Part shown: positions 1-8,586 of the stretch, piece after piece
Layout of the letters: the number at the start of each line of letters is the position of its first letter
Position numbering within the stretch: the stretch's first letter is position 1
IMG/VR virus record: IMGVR_UViG_3300049044_000117
Coordinates: 1 to 41,780 of that record
DNA from: a virus
Taxonomy: Duplodnaviria; Caudoviricetes
Strand: one strand, 5' to 3'
Length of the DNA stretch: 41,780 bases
Notes under the pieces: generated by a model
Database searches by the model: none
What the model was told of the DNA's origin: nothing
The model's input: the letters and a program-made list of their open reading frames with translations, nothing else
Program-made: the position numbers and the translations under genes

Positions 1-30
1 ATTTATTATTAAGTAGTTAGCATTTTCAAA

Positions 31-55
31 TCCGAACTCCGAACACTCCGAACTC
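31..55. repeat. TCCGAAC iteron-like direct repeats (second half of the putative replication origin)
   Basis: tccgaac at 31-37, 38-44 and 47-53, after an AT-rich stretch (1-30). The same motif clusters at 41641-41780. Confidence 0.8.
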
Positions 56-98
56 AATTTTCGGGTTCTGGGGAAAAAATAAAATTTTCCCGGAAGTC

Positions 99-284
99 CT
101 AATCTTGCCATTCCAAACCCAGGCGATCGTCCTTGCTTGGATGGGTCGGATCAGGGTTAAATTCATACCAGTATCTGGAAGATTGAATCAATAGATAGAT
201 CTCCTGAAGCTCATTAGGTGAACAAGCATTCAAAAATTGCTCAGGCGTGATTTCGAGTGATAGTATTTTGTCGATCTTAGGCAT
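99..284 (-). CDS. Small hypothetical phage protein
   Basis: 61 aa ORF packed tightly in the primase operon. Confidence 0.75.
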   Translation of the reverse strand: MPKIDKILSLEITPEQFLNACSPNELQEIYLLIQSSRYWYEFNPDPTHPSKDDRLGLEWQD

Positions 285-289
285 TTTGC

Positions 290-514
290 TCAGTTCAGTT
301 TTAGATTAAAGAAATAGCCTTGTACATCTGATGAAGGAAGTTTGCATTCCTTCAGCTCTTTCATGAATTGAGTAGCATCTGAGTTTTTATTTACAGCTAT
401 TCTGGTCACAAAGCAATGAACAGGGATTCCGCTTTCCGTATGGCCCTCCCACACGCGGGCGGGTACACCATTAAGCTCTACTATTTTAGTAGTGGATTCA
501 ATTGTGATTTTCAT
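290..514 (-). CDS. Hypothetical phage protein
   Basis: 74 aa ORF, co-oriented, 5 bp from the next gene. Confidence 0.75.
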   Translation of the reverse strand: MKITIESTTKIVELNGVPARVWEGHTESGIPVHCFVTRIAVNKNSDATQFMKELKECKLPSSDVQGYFFNLKLN

Positions 515-539
515 AAGGTTTTATTGTTAAAAGGTTTTC

Positions 540-3500
540 TTAAAATCCCGGATCCACATCCTTAGCAGGCTCTGTCGGATCACTATAATTTCCATTCCTT
601 CTTTGCTGATCCTGATTGCTGTATTCTATCTGGTAGAGGATATCCACTCCGATCTTTGCATAATTAAATACATGGCAGCTTGTTCGCTTATCCTGGAACT
701 GAGCCGAGTCTTTTGAAGCTAAATAGGCTTCTGAGTTCCGAAGCTTTTCCAGGAGAGAAGTTTTATTGAGATAGGTCAATTTGCTCTGAGCACTTTCCCG
801 TCTGTAATTGTCATAGATATCGCCAAACCTGATCATGATCTCATTGCCATTGATCCTAAAGTCGCGGCCATGGATAATCTTCTTCTCCCGGACGAATAGA
901 GGAAACAGATCCCAGAACCTTTGTACATCGCCTTCAGTATCGCGCTTATCATTCTGCTTGATGATACTGGATTTGGCATATTGCATCAGCTGCTCATAGT
1001 CGAAAGGGAATTTCAACCTCCTGGCCACAATCTTGAATGATGCTACCAGGGCAGTGATGTTATGCTTCATCCTGTCTGTCACCCTGATGTTCGCCAGCAT
1101 CGCAGATACTTCTCGGAAGGTTTCCTTGTGATTGCTGTTGTAGGTTTCTTCAAATACCTTCCGGAGCTGCAGCAGCTCCAGGAGCGCCGAGGTAATTCCT
1201 TTTTCCTGCAGTTCTTTCAGGAAGTTGAAGTTGTCGAGTGCTTCCTGGGAACGGGCATTTTCATGGATCTCGAGAATGAGCAAACGCTGCAAAAGAGCAT
1301 CGTCCTGAGGGTAATCGTTTCCTGTCACGATCACACCTGAGCTGATCGGAACACTTTCCGTTCCTACGCCGGTATCGAATTTCCTTCTGGTATAGCCATA
1401 TCTATCCCACAAACCTTTTAGAAGATTGACGATATCCTCATTGTTGTTCCGGTACTCCTCGAGGCATATCACAGCATTTACATATTGGGCAAAAACTGCA
1501 ATCTTGGCCTTGTCAGTATTCGCTTTCCCGGATAGAGTAAGAGGATCCTGAGGCAAGCCAAAAAGGTGCTGCATACTTTTTATCAGTGAACCCTTTCCGG
1601 ATCCGCCCTCTCCATAGAGAAACATGATCGGAAATCCCTGCATTGTCTGGTGGATGATGTCGGAGAAAATGCATGCGATCGTAAAACACAATCCCATCAT
1701 CCCGGGATCCTTGTAAACTTTGTGAAAGGCAATTGCCCATTTTTCGAAAGTTATTTCACTCTGAATATGCTTGAACTTCTTTTCATTGGCATACTTCAAA
1801 GGCTGCAGCTGATAGGTCTTATTCCCTGATGGAACATAGAAGTTGATATTATTATGTTCTGCAATTCCATTTTCATCAAGCGGAATTACCTGAGAGTTGA
1901 CCAGGCAATTGCTGAAAACCCAAAATCCTTCCGGATTCCATCCAAGGATATCCAGTTGCCGACAATCCTTTTCTTCATCAAAAAGCTTGTTTTTGATTCT
2001 AGACAAGTCCGCATCATTGCCATTAAATTGAAAGTTGCCCTGGCTCTCTGTGAACTTCTTGAACTCGCTTAAGCTGGTAAGGCTGGTGGTCGGTGTATCA
2101 ACAGTTTTTTTCTTCCCTTTGAAATTCACAAGTTCGATCAACCTTCTTGGTACTTTCTCATTATCAAGGTGGAATAAAACCCTCATTGTAAAATTTGAGA
2201 AGGAACTGGGCTTCACTCCGTTCCCGGATTTGTTGAACCTGTAATACTGATTGCCCATTCTGAAAAATCCGTATTCTTCCAGGTCCTTCTCAGGAGTATT
2301 TCCCGGCTCTTCCTTTGCTTGTTTGGGAATGTACTTGGAATGATCGTATTCAGAATCTGTCTCCGTTCCCTGCTCTGCCTTTATAAGGTCCTTTAGCTTT
2401 TGAGTGATGATCGACTCCCGGATCTTGTAGGTCTTCGATATATAAAGGATGTAATGATCAACCTTTACCGGCTTATTAATCAGCTTCAAAACTCCACAGA
2501 TTTCATCCAAAGCTTCATCGATATCATCAGGATCTGTTTTGTCCTTGAGAAGGGTAGTTAACTTATAAGTGAATCCGTCGACCGCATTCGAGTAAATATG
2601 TTCCTCGATCGTTTTGGTCTCTACATCGCCCGAATCCTCATCCATTTTGATCGGGATATGCTTGTCTTTGTTCCTGCAGAAGCTGTCGGGATCCTCTCCT
2701 TCCGGAAGAAGAAAGATTTCAACTTTGAGTCCTGCTTCCAGGCAGGTATCGACAGCTCTCAATGCACTCTTCTGGCCAGCCGGGTCACCATCGAAAACAA
2801 TGATCACATGATCAGCTTGCCGGGCCAGAAGCTTCGCCTGGGTGAGCGTAAGAGCGGTGCCACAGGGAGCAACGGTATTTTCAATTTCATTCTGATGGAA
2901 GGATATCACATCGAAATACCCTTCTACAATCAGCGCCTTCCCTTTGTCGCGGATGGCCTTCTTTGCAAAATGGAAACCATAGAGGATCCTGTCTTTCTTG
3001 TAGACATCGTTCTCTATTCCATTCAGGTATTTAGGATTCTCCTTATCCTGGTCAGATGGAAGCTTGCGGCCACCAAAGGAAACGATATTGCCATTCTGAT
3101 CATGGATTGGGATCATGATCCTGTTCCGGAAGAAATCGAAGGTATTGCCGTTGGTGGTTTTGATAAGGCCAGCTGCTATTCCGACTTTGTAAAGGCCTTT
3201 GTCGATGATTGAGGGTGTGAGGTATTTCCAGTTATCCGGAGCAAATCCCAATTGAAACTGGATAAGCGTTTCTTCTGTAAGTAGCCTTTTATTGAGGAGT
3301 TCATCTATTGCCGGATCGAACTCTCCCAAGCCATTTTTGAATAAATTATTCGCGTACCTGGCAGATGCTTCTTTCAGCAGCTGCAGCACCTGCTTGCTTT
3401 CTTCTACCTTCTCAACGTTCTCTTCCTTCTGTTCATATTCGATCTCGATATTGTAGAACTGAGCCAGGTGTTTGATGGCATCGAAAAATGATAGGTTTTC

Positions 3501-3725
3501 TTTCTCAATAATGAATTGAATAGGATCTCCTCCTTTGCCACAACCAAAGCATTTGTAGATGTTCTTTGAAGGCGTGACGTAGAAGCTGGGCGTTTTCTCA
3601 TCGTGAAACGGGCAGCAGCCCTGGTGATTCTTACCTGTTTTTTTTAAGGTAACATACTTTCCAACAACATCGACAATCTCTGCGGTATGCTGTACTTTCT
3701 CAATAGTCTTTTGCGTAATAAACAT
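540..3725 (-). CDS. dnaG: DnaG-type DNA primase fused to a P-loop (SF3-like) helicase
   Basis: CHC2 zinc finger (CPFHDEKTPSF...CFGC), KYLN, Toprim motifs VEGYFDV, FDGD and DPD. C-terminal Walker A GEGGSGKGS, Walker B ICLEE and motif C-like IVTGN. Confidence 0.92.
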   Translation of the reverse strand: MFITQKTIEKVQHTAEIVDVVGKYVTLKKTGKNHQGCCPFHDEKTPSFYVTPSKNIYKCFGCGKGGDPIQFIIEKENLSFFDAIKHLAQFYNIEIEYEQKEENVEKVEESKQVLQLLKEASARYANNLFKNGLGEFDPAIDELLNKRLLTEETLIQFQLGFAPDNWKYLTPSIIDKGLYKVGIAAGLIKTTNGNTFDFFRNRIMIPIHDQNGNIVSFGGRKLPSDQDKENPKYLNGIENDVYKKDRILYGFHFAKKAIRDKGKALIVEGYFDVISFHQNEIENTVAPCGTALTLTQAKLLARQADHVIIVFDGDPAGQKSALRAVDTCLEAGLKVEIFLLPEGEDPDSFCRNKDKHIPIKMDEDSGDVETKTIEEHIYSNAVDGFTYKLTTLLKDKTDPDDIDEALDEICGVLKLINKPVKVDHYILYISKTYKIRESIITQKLKDLIKAEQGTETDSEYDHSKYIPKQAKEEPGNTPEKDLEEYGFFRMGNQYYRFNKSGNGVKPSSFSNFTMRVLFHLDNEKVPRRLIELVNFKGKKKTVDTPTTSLTSLSEFKKFTESQGNFQFNGNDADLSRIKNKLFDEEKDCRQLDILGWNPEGFWVFSNCLVNSQVIPLDENGIAEHNNINFYVPSGNKTYQLQPLKYANEKKFKHIQSEITFEKWAIAFHKVYKDPGMMGLCFTIACIFSDIIHQTMQGFPIMFLYGEGGSGKGSLIKSMQHLFGLPQDPLTLSGKANTDKAKIAVFAQYVNAVICLEEYRNNNEDIVNLLKGLWDRYGYTRRKFDTGVGTESVPISSGVIVTGNDYPQDDALLQRLLILEIHENARSQEALDNFNFLKELQEKGITSALLELLQLRKVFEETYNSNHKETFREVSAMLANIRVTDRMKHNITALVASFKIVARRLKFPFDYEQLMQYAKSSIIKQNDKRDTEGDVQRFWDLFPLFVREKKIIHGRDFRINGNEIMIRFGDIYDNYRRESAQSKLTYLNKTSLLEKLRNSEAYLASKDSAQFQDKRTSCHVFNYAKIGVDILYQIEYSNQDQQRRNGNYSDPTEPAKDVDPGF

Positions 3726-3736
3726 AGGTTCTCGGT

Positions 3737-4048
3737 CTACTTAAGCGGGTTAAAAATGTCGTATTGGTTGTCTTTGTGGTACCTGCCATACTTCCGGTTG
3801 CGGATGTGGGCAGATCGATCGTGATTTAAATGGCAGCGCTGGCAAAGCGCTGCGAGGTTGAAGAAGCTGTTGTTTGCCCGGTCTCTGTCGAGGTGTGCAA
3901 CAGTGAGAATCACCATGGAACCCGTCAAAGGATGTCGTTCATAGTTCTTTGCACCACACCATTCGCATTTATTCCTTGCCCTGAAGAAGCGAATGAAGAA
4001 GCTTATCAGCTTCCATTTTGGATGATATTTCCGGTAGTCAAGAGGCAT
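3737..4048 (-). CDS. HNH endonuclease-like protein
   Basis: CEWC...LTVAHLD...NLAALCQRCHLNHD zinc/HNH pattern. Confidence 0.8.
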   Translation of the reverse strand: MPLDYRKYHPKWKLISFFIRFFRARNKCEWCGAKNYERHPLTGSMVILTVAHLDRDRANNSFFNLAALCQRCHLNHDRSAHIRNRKYGRYHKDNQYDIFNPLK

Positions 4049-4721
4049 GATGCACCTCCATGTCTAAGTATTCTGGTCTGCCCGTGGTCGACAAAACCTC
4101 AAATTCAACTACCCATACCCAGGGATTGAGCTCCCAGGAATCTTTGCCATTGATGTCCCGCCAAAGACTGCCAAAAATTTGGGATGGGGGATTGTGAACT
4201 AGCCAACATTCATAAATTCCTTCTTTGATAGTGTCCTCGTAGCTAATGTTGTGAAGCCTTTCAACTTTGACATCGGTTATTTTAAGCCAAATACGAGCAT
4301 CTGATTTAAGCATGTGAATGGAAGGCCTCCACGGATCTCTTACATTCGCATAAAACTCCTCGCCATTAAATACAACCGGGTACTGGCCCATTTTGTCTTC
4401 ATCGGCTTTGTAAAGAACAGCCCTAGTTGGGTCGCCTCCAAAAGGTCTGTAATAGCTCCAAGTTTCCCTTACCCAAAGAATATCTCCAGGCTTTCCATAA
4501 GGGGAGAATCCTAGACAAAATCTACCTCTGCTGTGTTGAAAGCTATATTCTAATTTACCTTTTGAATTCACCATAAGGCCAATTCCATCAAGCTTCCAAT
4601 CATCCGGGTTTTCATTTACTTCTAGTCCTTTGGTTCTCCTGGTCATCGTCTTCCTTCCCTCTAAAATGGCCTGAACCATGGAAGTAGAAAACAGTATTGG
4701 TCTTTCCTTTCTCATCACCAT
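4038..4721 (-). CDS. ASCH/PUA-like phage protein
   Basis: ERPILFSTSMVQAILEGRKTMTRR, LWVRETW, WRPSIHM and NPWVWVVEF motifs typical of this widespread prophage family. Confidence 0.8.
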   Translation of the reverse strand: MVMRKERPILFSTSMVQAILEGRKTMTRRTKGLEVNENPDDWKLDGIGLMVNSKGKLEYSFQHSRGRFCLGFSPYGKPGDILWVRETWSYYRPFGGDPTRAVLYKADEDKMGQYPVVFNGEEFYANVRDPWRPSIHMLKSDARIWLKITDVKVERLHNISYEDTIKEGIYECWLVHNPPSQIFGSLWRDINGKDSWELNPWVWVVEFEVLSTTGRPEYLDMEVHHAS

Positions 4722-4930
4722 CTTTCCTTTAAAAATTCCAAAGTCTTAGCCTGGCCAATGATGTATTCTTCCCGTTCCTTTGGAAGATCACTGGTTTTGA
4801 TGCCCATTCCTTTGAGGTATGAAAGGGCATCTCTCCTGGAATAGCGGGTAATTGTATTGATCACCGGCCTTTCTTCATCTCCCTCAGATGCACCAAGGGT
4901 ATTGAAGACGTATTTGTATTTTTTGGACAT
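4715..4930 (-). CDS. Hypothetical protein
   Basis: 71 aa ORF in the early operon. Confidence 0.65.
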   Translation of the reverse strand: MSKKYKYVFNTLGASEGDEERPVINTITRYSRRDALSYLKGMGIKTSDLPKEREEYIIGQAKTLEFLKERW

Positions 4931-4941
4931 AGTATGGGGGG

Positions 4942-5139
4942 TTAAAGTTTTTGAAGATCGATGGAAGACGGGAGGTCTATGTATTTTGTGTCAGGGTCGA
5001 TGAATTTGAGGATCCGTACGCCCTGATCGTATTTTCCCCAATAGTATTCAGACATACAGGCGAATTCGCTCCATCTTCTAGCATCCAGCTTATACATTTC
5101 GATATCCTCCAATAGTTTTTTTTCTAGTTTTTCAATCAT
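4942..5139 (-). CDS. Hypothetical protein
   Basis: 65 aa ORF in the early operon. Confidence 0.65.
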   Translation of the reverse strand: MIEKLEKKLLEDIEMYKLDARRWSEFACMSEYYWGKYDQGVRILKFIDPDTKYIDLPSSIDLQKL

Positions 5140-5143
5140 TTTT

Positions 5144-5263
5144 TCAGGATTTAAGTTTTTTCCATTCGGTCTGGATGTAGAGCCCGAATGCGACCAGCAT
5201 CGTGAGGCACAGGAAAGCCAGGAAGGCTTCTTTCATTGTGAGTGTTGTGAATACTTCGATCAT
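5144..5263 (-). CDS. 39-aa single-TM peptide (not in the ORF track)
   Basis: Translates as MIEVFTTLTMKEAFLAFLCLTMLVAFGLYIQTEWKKLKS. It fills the gap between neighbours and has an AT-rich upstream region. Confidence 0.6.
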   Translation of the reverse strand: MIEVFTTLTMKEAFLAFLCLTMLVAFGLYIQTEWKKLKS

Positions 5264-5285
5264 ATAAGGTGATTTTAAAGGTGAA

Positions 5286-5516
5286 TTATTCTTCGTTTAT
5301 TTTGACTCCAAAGCGCTCTTCGAACTCATAGACATAAATGCCCAGGTAGGTCTGGAGCATGCGCAGCTGGTACTTTTCTGCCTTCTGGCCATTGCTGGCG
5401 CAAATGGTAGAAATCTCCTGGAGTGAGAGTGCTAGTTTTTTGGGGTTGAGCTTTCCTTTCTGGATCTCTATCTCTTCTCTGATAGCGATCTCCAGTAAAT
5501 CAACAGCGGTCTTCAT
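5286..5516 (-). CDS. Hypothetical protein
   Basis: 76 aa ORF in the early operon. Confidence 0.65.
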   Translation of the reverse strand: MKTAVDLLEIAIREEIEIQKGKLNPKKLALSLQEISTICASNGQKAEKYQLRMLQTYLGIYVYEFEERFGVKINEE

Positions 5517-5520
5517 AGCC

Positions 5521-5736
5521 TCAGGCGTCTAGCTGTGACCACTTCTGACTGACGTCGCTTTTCAGCTTCTTCAACCGCTCCTCGAGGCTTTTTTTAAGAA
5601 GCTGAGCATTGAGCTTGTAGTTTTCGAAATCCGGATGAGCAGGATCTACCATTACAGTTTCCTCTCCGGATAGAAAGATTGGGAATTCCAGGTACTCATT
5701 GGGTTTCAGATCCCTGGTTGTGATTATTTTAGCCAT
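5521..5736 (-). CDS. Hypothetical protein
   Basis: 71 aa ORF in the early operon. Confidence 0.65.
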   Translation of the reverse strand: MAKIITTRDLKPNEYLEFPIFLSGEETVMVDPAHPDFENYKLNAQLLKKSLEERLKKLKSDVSQKWSQLDA

Positions 5737-5759
5737 ATTAAATAAGTATTTTGAATGTT

Positions 5760-5948
5760 CTAGTTGTAAATCTTGCGGGTAACGTCACTTACTACCCCTC
5801 TCTGTAGATCCTCCAGGCGTTGAGCTATATTTTTGATCGCAAGAAGGCATTCATCAAACTCCTTTTCCTTGCCCTCAGCAGCTTTCACCTTCAGATCGAG
5901 CACCTGCAGCAGCAGATTATTAATCATCTCATTTCGCATTTCCGACAT
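5760..5948 (-). CDS. Small coiled-coil hypothetical protein
   Basis: Track ORF 5760..6014. The start at MSEMRNE (5948) avoids most of the overlap with the upstream gene. Confidence 0.55.
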   Translation of the reverse strand: MSEMRNEMINNLLLQVLDLKVKAAEGKEKEFDECLLAIKNIAQRLEDLQRGVVSDVTRKIYN

Positions 5949-6174
5949 ACTTCTTTCCGTAGGTGATGAAGGTTTCTCGTTCGAACGATCTCGGTACCAG
6001 GCATACCAATACATCCATTGTCTCTTTCATCAGTTGCCTGATCTTGTACCGGCGCATGGTACTCTTCCAGTCGAACCGGTCACGATTGTAGTGCAGAATG
6101 ACCAGGCACTGAGAATGAAGATTTATAAGTGAATGGATTTTTGATTCCTGTTCAGGAGTTAGCGTTGGTTTCAT
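5929..6174 (-). CDS. Hypothetical protein
   Basis: 81 aa ORF in the early operon. Confidence 0.6.
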   Translation of the reverse strand: MKPTLTPEQESKIHSLINLHSQCLVILHYNRDRFDWKSTMRRYKIRQLMKETMDVLVCLVPRSFERETFITYGKKYVGNAK

Positions 6175-6206
6175 ATGAGAGGTGTGGGGAAGGAGGTTGG
6201 AAATTA

Positions 6207-6737
6207 TTATTTCAGGATAGACTCATATTTAATCTCATCCTTCTGCAAGGGAGTGGGATTAAGGCTAAGTTTTGATTGGTCGAAGTGAAGATCGTTGTAG
6301 TGGGTGGAAATAAACGATTCAGAATTCTTCAGTGCCTGGACTAAATCTTTAAGTGTGGGAGGATCTTGCTTGTATTGGACCTTATATTCGTTCACATACT
6401 TTGGATACATCTCTACGATATCCATTCGAAACATATTATTTCCATAGAACTCAAACAGAAAGCCTTTTCCACTATTAAAAAGGGTGACTACCAATGAAGC
6501 GATAATGCTCCAGAATATCTTCATTTCCTCGGGTGAGACTGGATTCGACTCCTGGTGATCTACCGGAAGCTGCAATTCATTTTCTTCGGCATAAGTGAGC
6601 GTGTTACTAAGAAGAACCTGGTAGATGTTTTTAGTTCCAAGTATCGATTCCATTGTAGCTCTGGAAAACACTATTCCTTTTGAACCGTCGGCAATTACTT
6701 CTTGCTTTAATTCGAATTTGAAATTTTGATTTTGCAT
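6207..6737 (-). CDS. Hypothetical protein whose C-terminal half resembles the primase-helicase C-terminal domain
   Basis: Shares the FW...GN...Y..Y...L...L.NSE pattern with primase residues ~935-1010. Confidence 0.7.
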   Translation of the reverse strand: MQNQNFKFELKQEVIADGSKGIVFSRATMESILGTKNIYQVLLSNTLTYAEENELQLPVDHQESNPVSPEEMKIFWSIIASLVVTLFNSGKGFLFEFYGNNMFRMDIVEMYPKYVNEYKVQYKQDPPTLKDLVQALKNSESFISTHYNDLHFDQSKLSLNPTPLQKDEIKYESILK

Positions 6738-6784
6738 ATATGTGGGGTTTTAAATGCTTTATTGGGGAAATTTTGTGGAAATGG

Positions 6785-7030
6785 TTATTCATTTAACAGT
6801 TTATGAATTTTCGATTCAAGATCATTTCTCCTTGATCTTTCCTGTTCCGCTAATGCGACTAATTCTCCCATAATGGGATGGGTTGTATCAAAGTCATTAA
6901 GAACCCTGGATATTGTTCTTCGAGTTACATTGTACTTATCCTCAATCAGTTTGCTGTAGTCTTTTGGCAGTGACGCCTTAAGCTGTTCGACTTTCCTTCT
7001 GATGGTATCCTTTTTGTTTTTATCGGCCAT
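6785..7030 (-). CDS. Cro-like HTH DNA-binding protein
   Basis: HTH-like SKLIEDKYNVTRRTISRVLN. First gene of the early operon, divergent from the repressor. Start is 7030 or 7048. Confidence 0.7.
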   Translation of the reverse strand: MADKNKKDTIRRKVEQLKASLPKDYSKLIEDKYNVTRRTISRVLNDFDTTHPIMGELVALAEQERSRRNDLESKIHKLLNE

Positions 7031-7063
7031 TTCTATGGAGTTACTCATTTTTGTCACATTTAT

Positions 7064-7137
7064 TTCCCCAAAAATGGGGAATAGTAATTTATTGTGCAAC
7101 TAAAAAGGGGAAATTTGGGGGACATACTTCCCCAAAA
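7064..7137. promoter_or_regulatory. Lysis/lysogeny switch with operator-like CCCCAA/TGGGGAA inverted repeats
   Basis: ttcccca-aaaa-tggggaa (7064-7081) and imperfect tttggggga...ttccccaaa (7114-7136), lying between the divergent HTH genes. Confidence 0.65.
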
Positions 7138-7159
7138 TATTACACATTTTTGGGTATCA

Positions 7160-7519
7160 ATGGAACACAGAGGAGAAAAACTTAGGAAAGCTATAGATCA
7201 AAGCGGGTTAACCCGGAAGGCGATCTATGAAAGACTAGGTATTGATCGAAAAACCCTCTACAATAAATTAAATCAAATAAACCTCGATTGGGACTTCATA
7301 ACGCAGGTCGGCAAAATCATAAATCATGATTTTTCAATTGAATTTCCTGAGTTGCGGACAAAAACTTACATAGTAAATGAAGAATTGTCAGTAAGCAATG
7401 AGGAAGATCCCGAGGAAATAAACCTACCAGATTGCAAAAAGAAGCTTGAGCAGATGAGGATAAAGTACATCGCTCTATTTGAAAAATATACGGAGCTGCT
7501 TGAAAAAAAAGCTTCATGA
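7160..7519 (+). CDS. XRE/CI-like repressor (HTH plus C-terminal coiled coil, no S24 peptidase domain)
   Basis: GEKLRKAIDQSGLTRKAIYERLGIDRKTLYN HTH. Likely start is MEHRG at 7160. Confidence 0.8.
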   Translation: MEHRGEKLRKAIDQSGLTRKAIYERLGIDRKTLYNKLNQINLDWDFITQVGKIINHDFSIEFPELRTKTYIVNEELSVSNEEDPEEINLPDCKKKLEQMRIKYIALFEKYTELLEKKAS

Positions 7520-7526
7520 TAACAGA

Positions 7527-7874
7527 ATGGCAACTACTCCCCTTATGATAAGAATCACCTGCATTATTGTGTCTTTTATTTTCCTTTCTTCCTGTGGCCA
7601 TGAAGGCAAACTTTTAAAAAAAGAAGATTACGGTGATAAATGGCCATTGACTGTTGATGAGGGATACATTAAATGTGAAGAAGGAAGAATAGTCTTCGAA
7701 TCAAATGGGGTCGACTATGCAATAAATGGTCATGCTCATCGAGACAAGAAAAATAAGGATATAGATCCAATCTGGGCCGCTGATCCAAAGTTTGATCCCC
7801 AACCTAATGACCCATCACCTATAAGAATTGCACTCACTCCATTGCTGGATGCTGGGAAAGAATTGTGTAAATAA
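7527..7874 (+). CDS. YebY/DUF2511-like lipoprotein
   Basis: Hydrophobic leader with lipobox FLSSC, plus YGDKWPLTVDEGYIKC, YAING and a terminal GKELC. Confidence 0.75.
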   Translation: MATTPLMIRITCIIVSFIFLSSCGHEGKLLKKEDYGDKWPLTVDEGYIKCEEGRIVFESNGVDYAINGHAHRDKKNKDIDPIWAADPKFDPQPNDPSPIRIALTPLLDAGKELCK

Positions 7875-7902
7875 TTATTAACCTAAAAATAAGCTTAAGT
7901 CT

Positions 7903-8586
7903 ATGTTCCGAAATGCATGCAAAAAGGTGAGGGAGGGAATGATCGGAGTAGTATCGTCCTCCGTTCTGTCAGATAAAATTCACACCAGATATGACTTTTC
8001 TACTGGATTTCTAATTGCTGCCAATACGCTATTAACAACAGCTCATTCAGTCCATTTTGAAGGGAATTTAAATAACGCCCTACATCAAAGGATTGAGTTG
8101 AAACCTTATAATTCGGCAAATTTCACTATTGGGCGACTCATTGCAGAGGATACGACAAAAGATATTGCTTTGGTATCAATTTCAGATCCTGTCAACTTGA
8201 AAATGTTGGCACTACATTCTAAAGAATTAGAAATAGGAACTTCAATCGGATCGATAGGATATCCAAATCCACCTTTTTTATCCAAGCCGGAGGGTGGTAT
8301 TTTGGTAGATTTTTCTGAAAAATTTCAAGGAGCATTCATTGCTTCTTCCAAGGTATATGAGTATCCGCAAGGTATAAAAGTAAAAACTTACGAGACAGAT
8401 TCAATAATGTACGGTGGATCGAGTGGAAGTCCCGGCTTTACTGGTGAAGGAAATATTTTCGGTATGCATCAAAGGTCTGTACAAACTCCAAATGGAGAGA
8501 GAACCATCTTTTCTGATTGGATTGCTAGCCAAGAAATAATTGCTTTTGCTCAACAGAACGGGATTTCAGATCTCTTGCTAGTATGA
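7903..8586 (+). CDS. Trypsin-like (S1) serine protease, no signal peptide
   Basis: Catalytic triad motifs LLTTAHSV, DIAL and GGSSGSP. Confidence 0.9.
   Translation: MFRNACKKVREGMIGVVSSSVLSDKIHTRYDFSTGFLIAANTLLTTAHSVHFEGNLNNALHQRIELKPYNSANFTIGRLIAEDTTKDIALVSISDPVNLKMLALHSKELEIGTSIGSIGYPNPPFLSKPEGGILVDFSEKFQGAFIASSKVYEYPQGIKVKTYETDSIMYGGSSGSPGFTGEGNIFGMHQRSVQTPNGERTIFSDWIASQEIIAFAQQNGISDLLLV

Noticed and set aside
2598-3212. 204-aa plus-strand ORF and other antisense ORFs (e.g. 22287..22868, 24928..25308, 39203..39580)
   Set aside because: They lie within well-supported genes on the opposite strand and have no recognisable motifs, so they are shadow ORFs.
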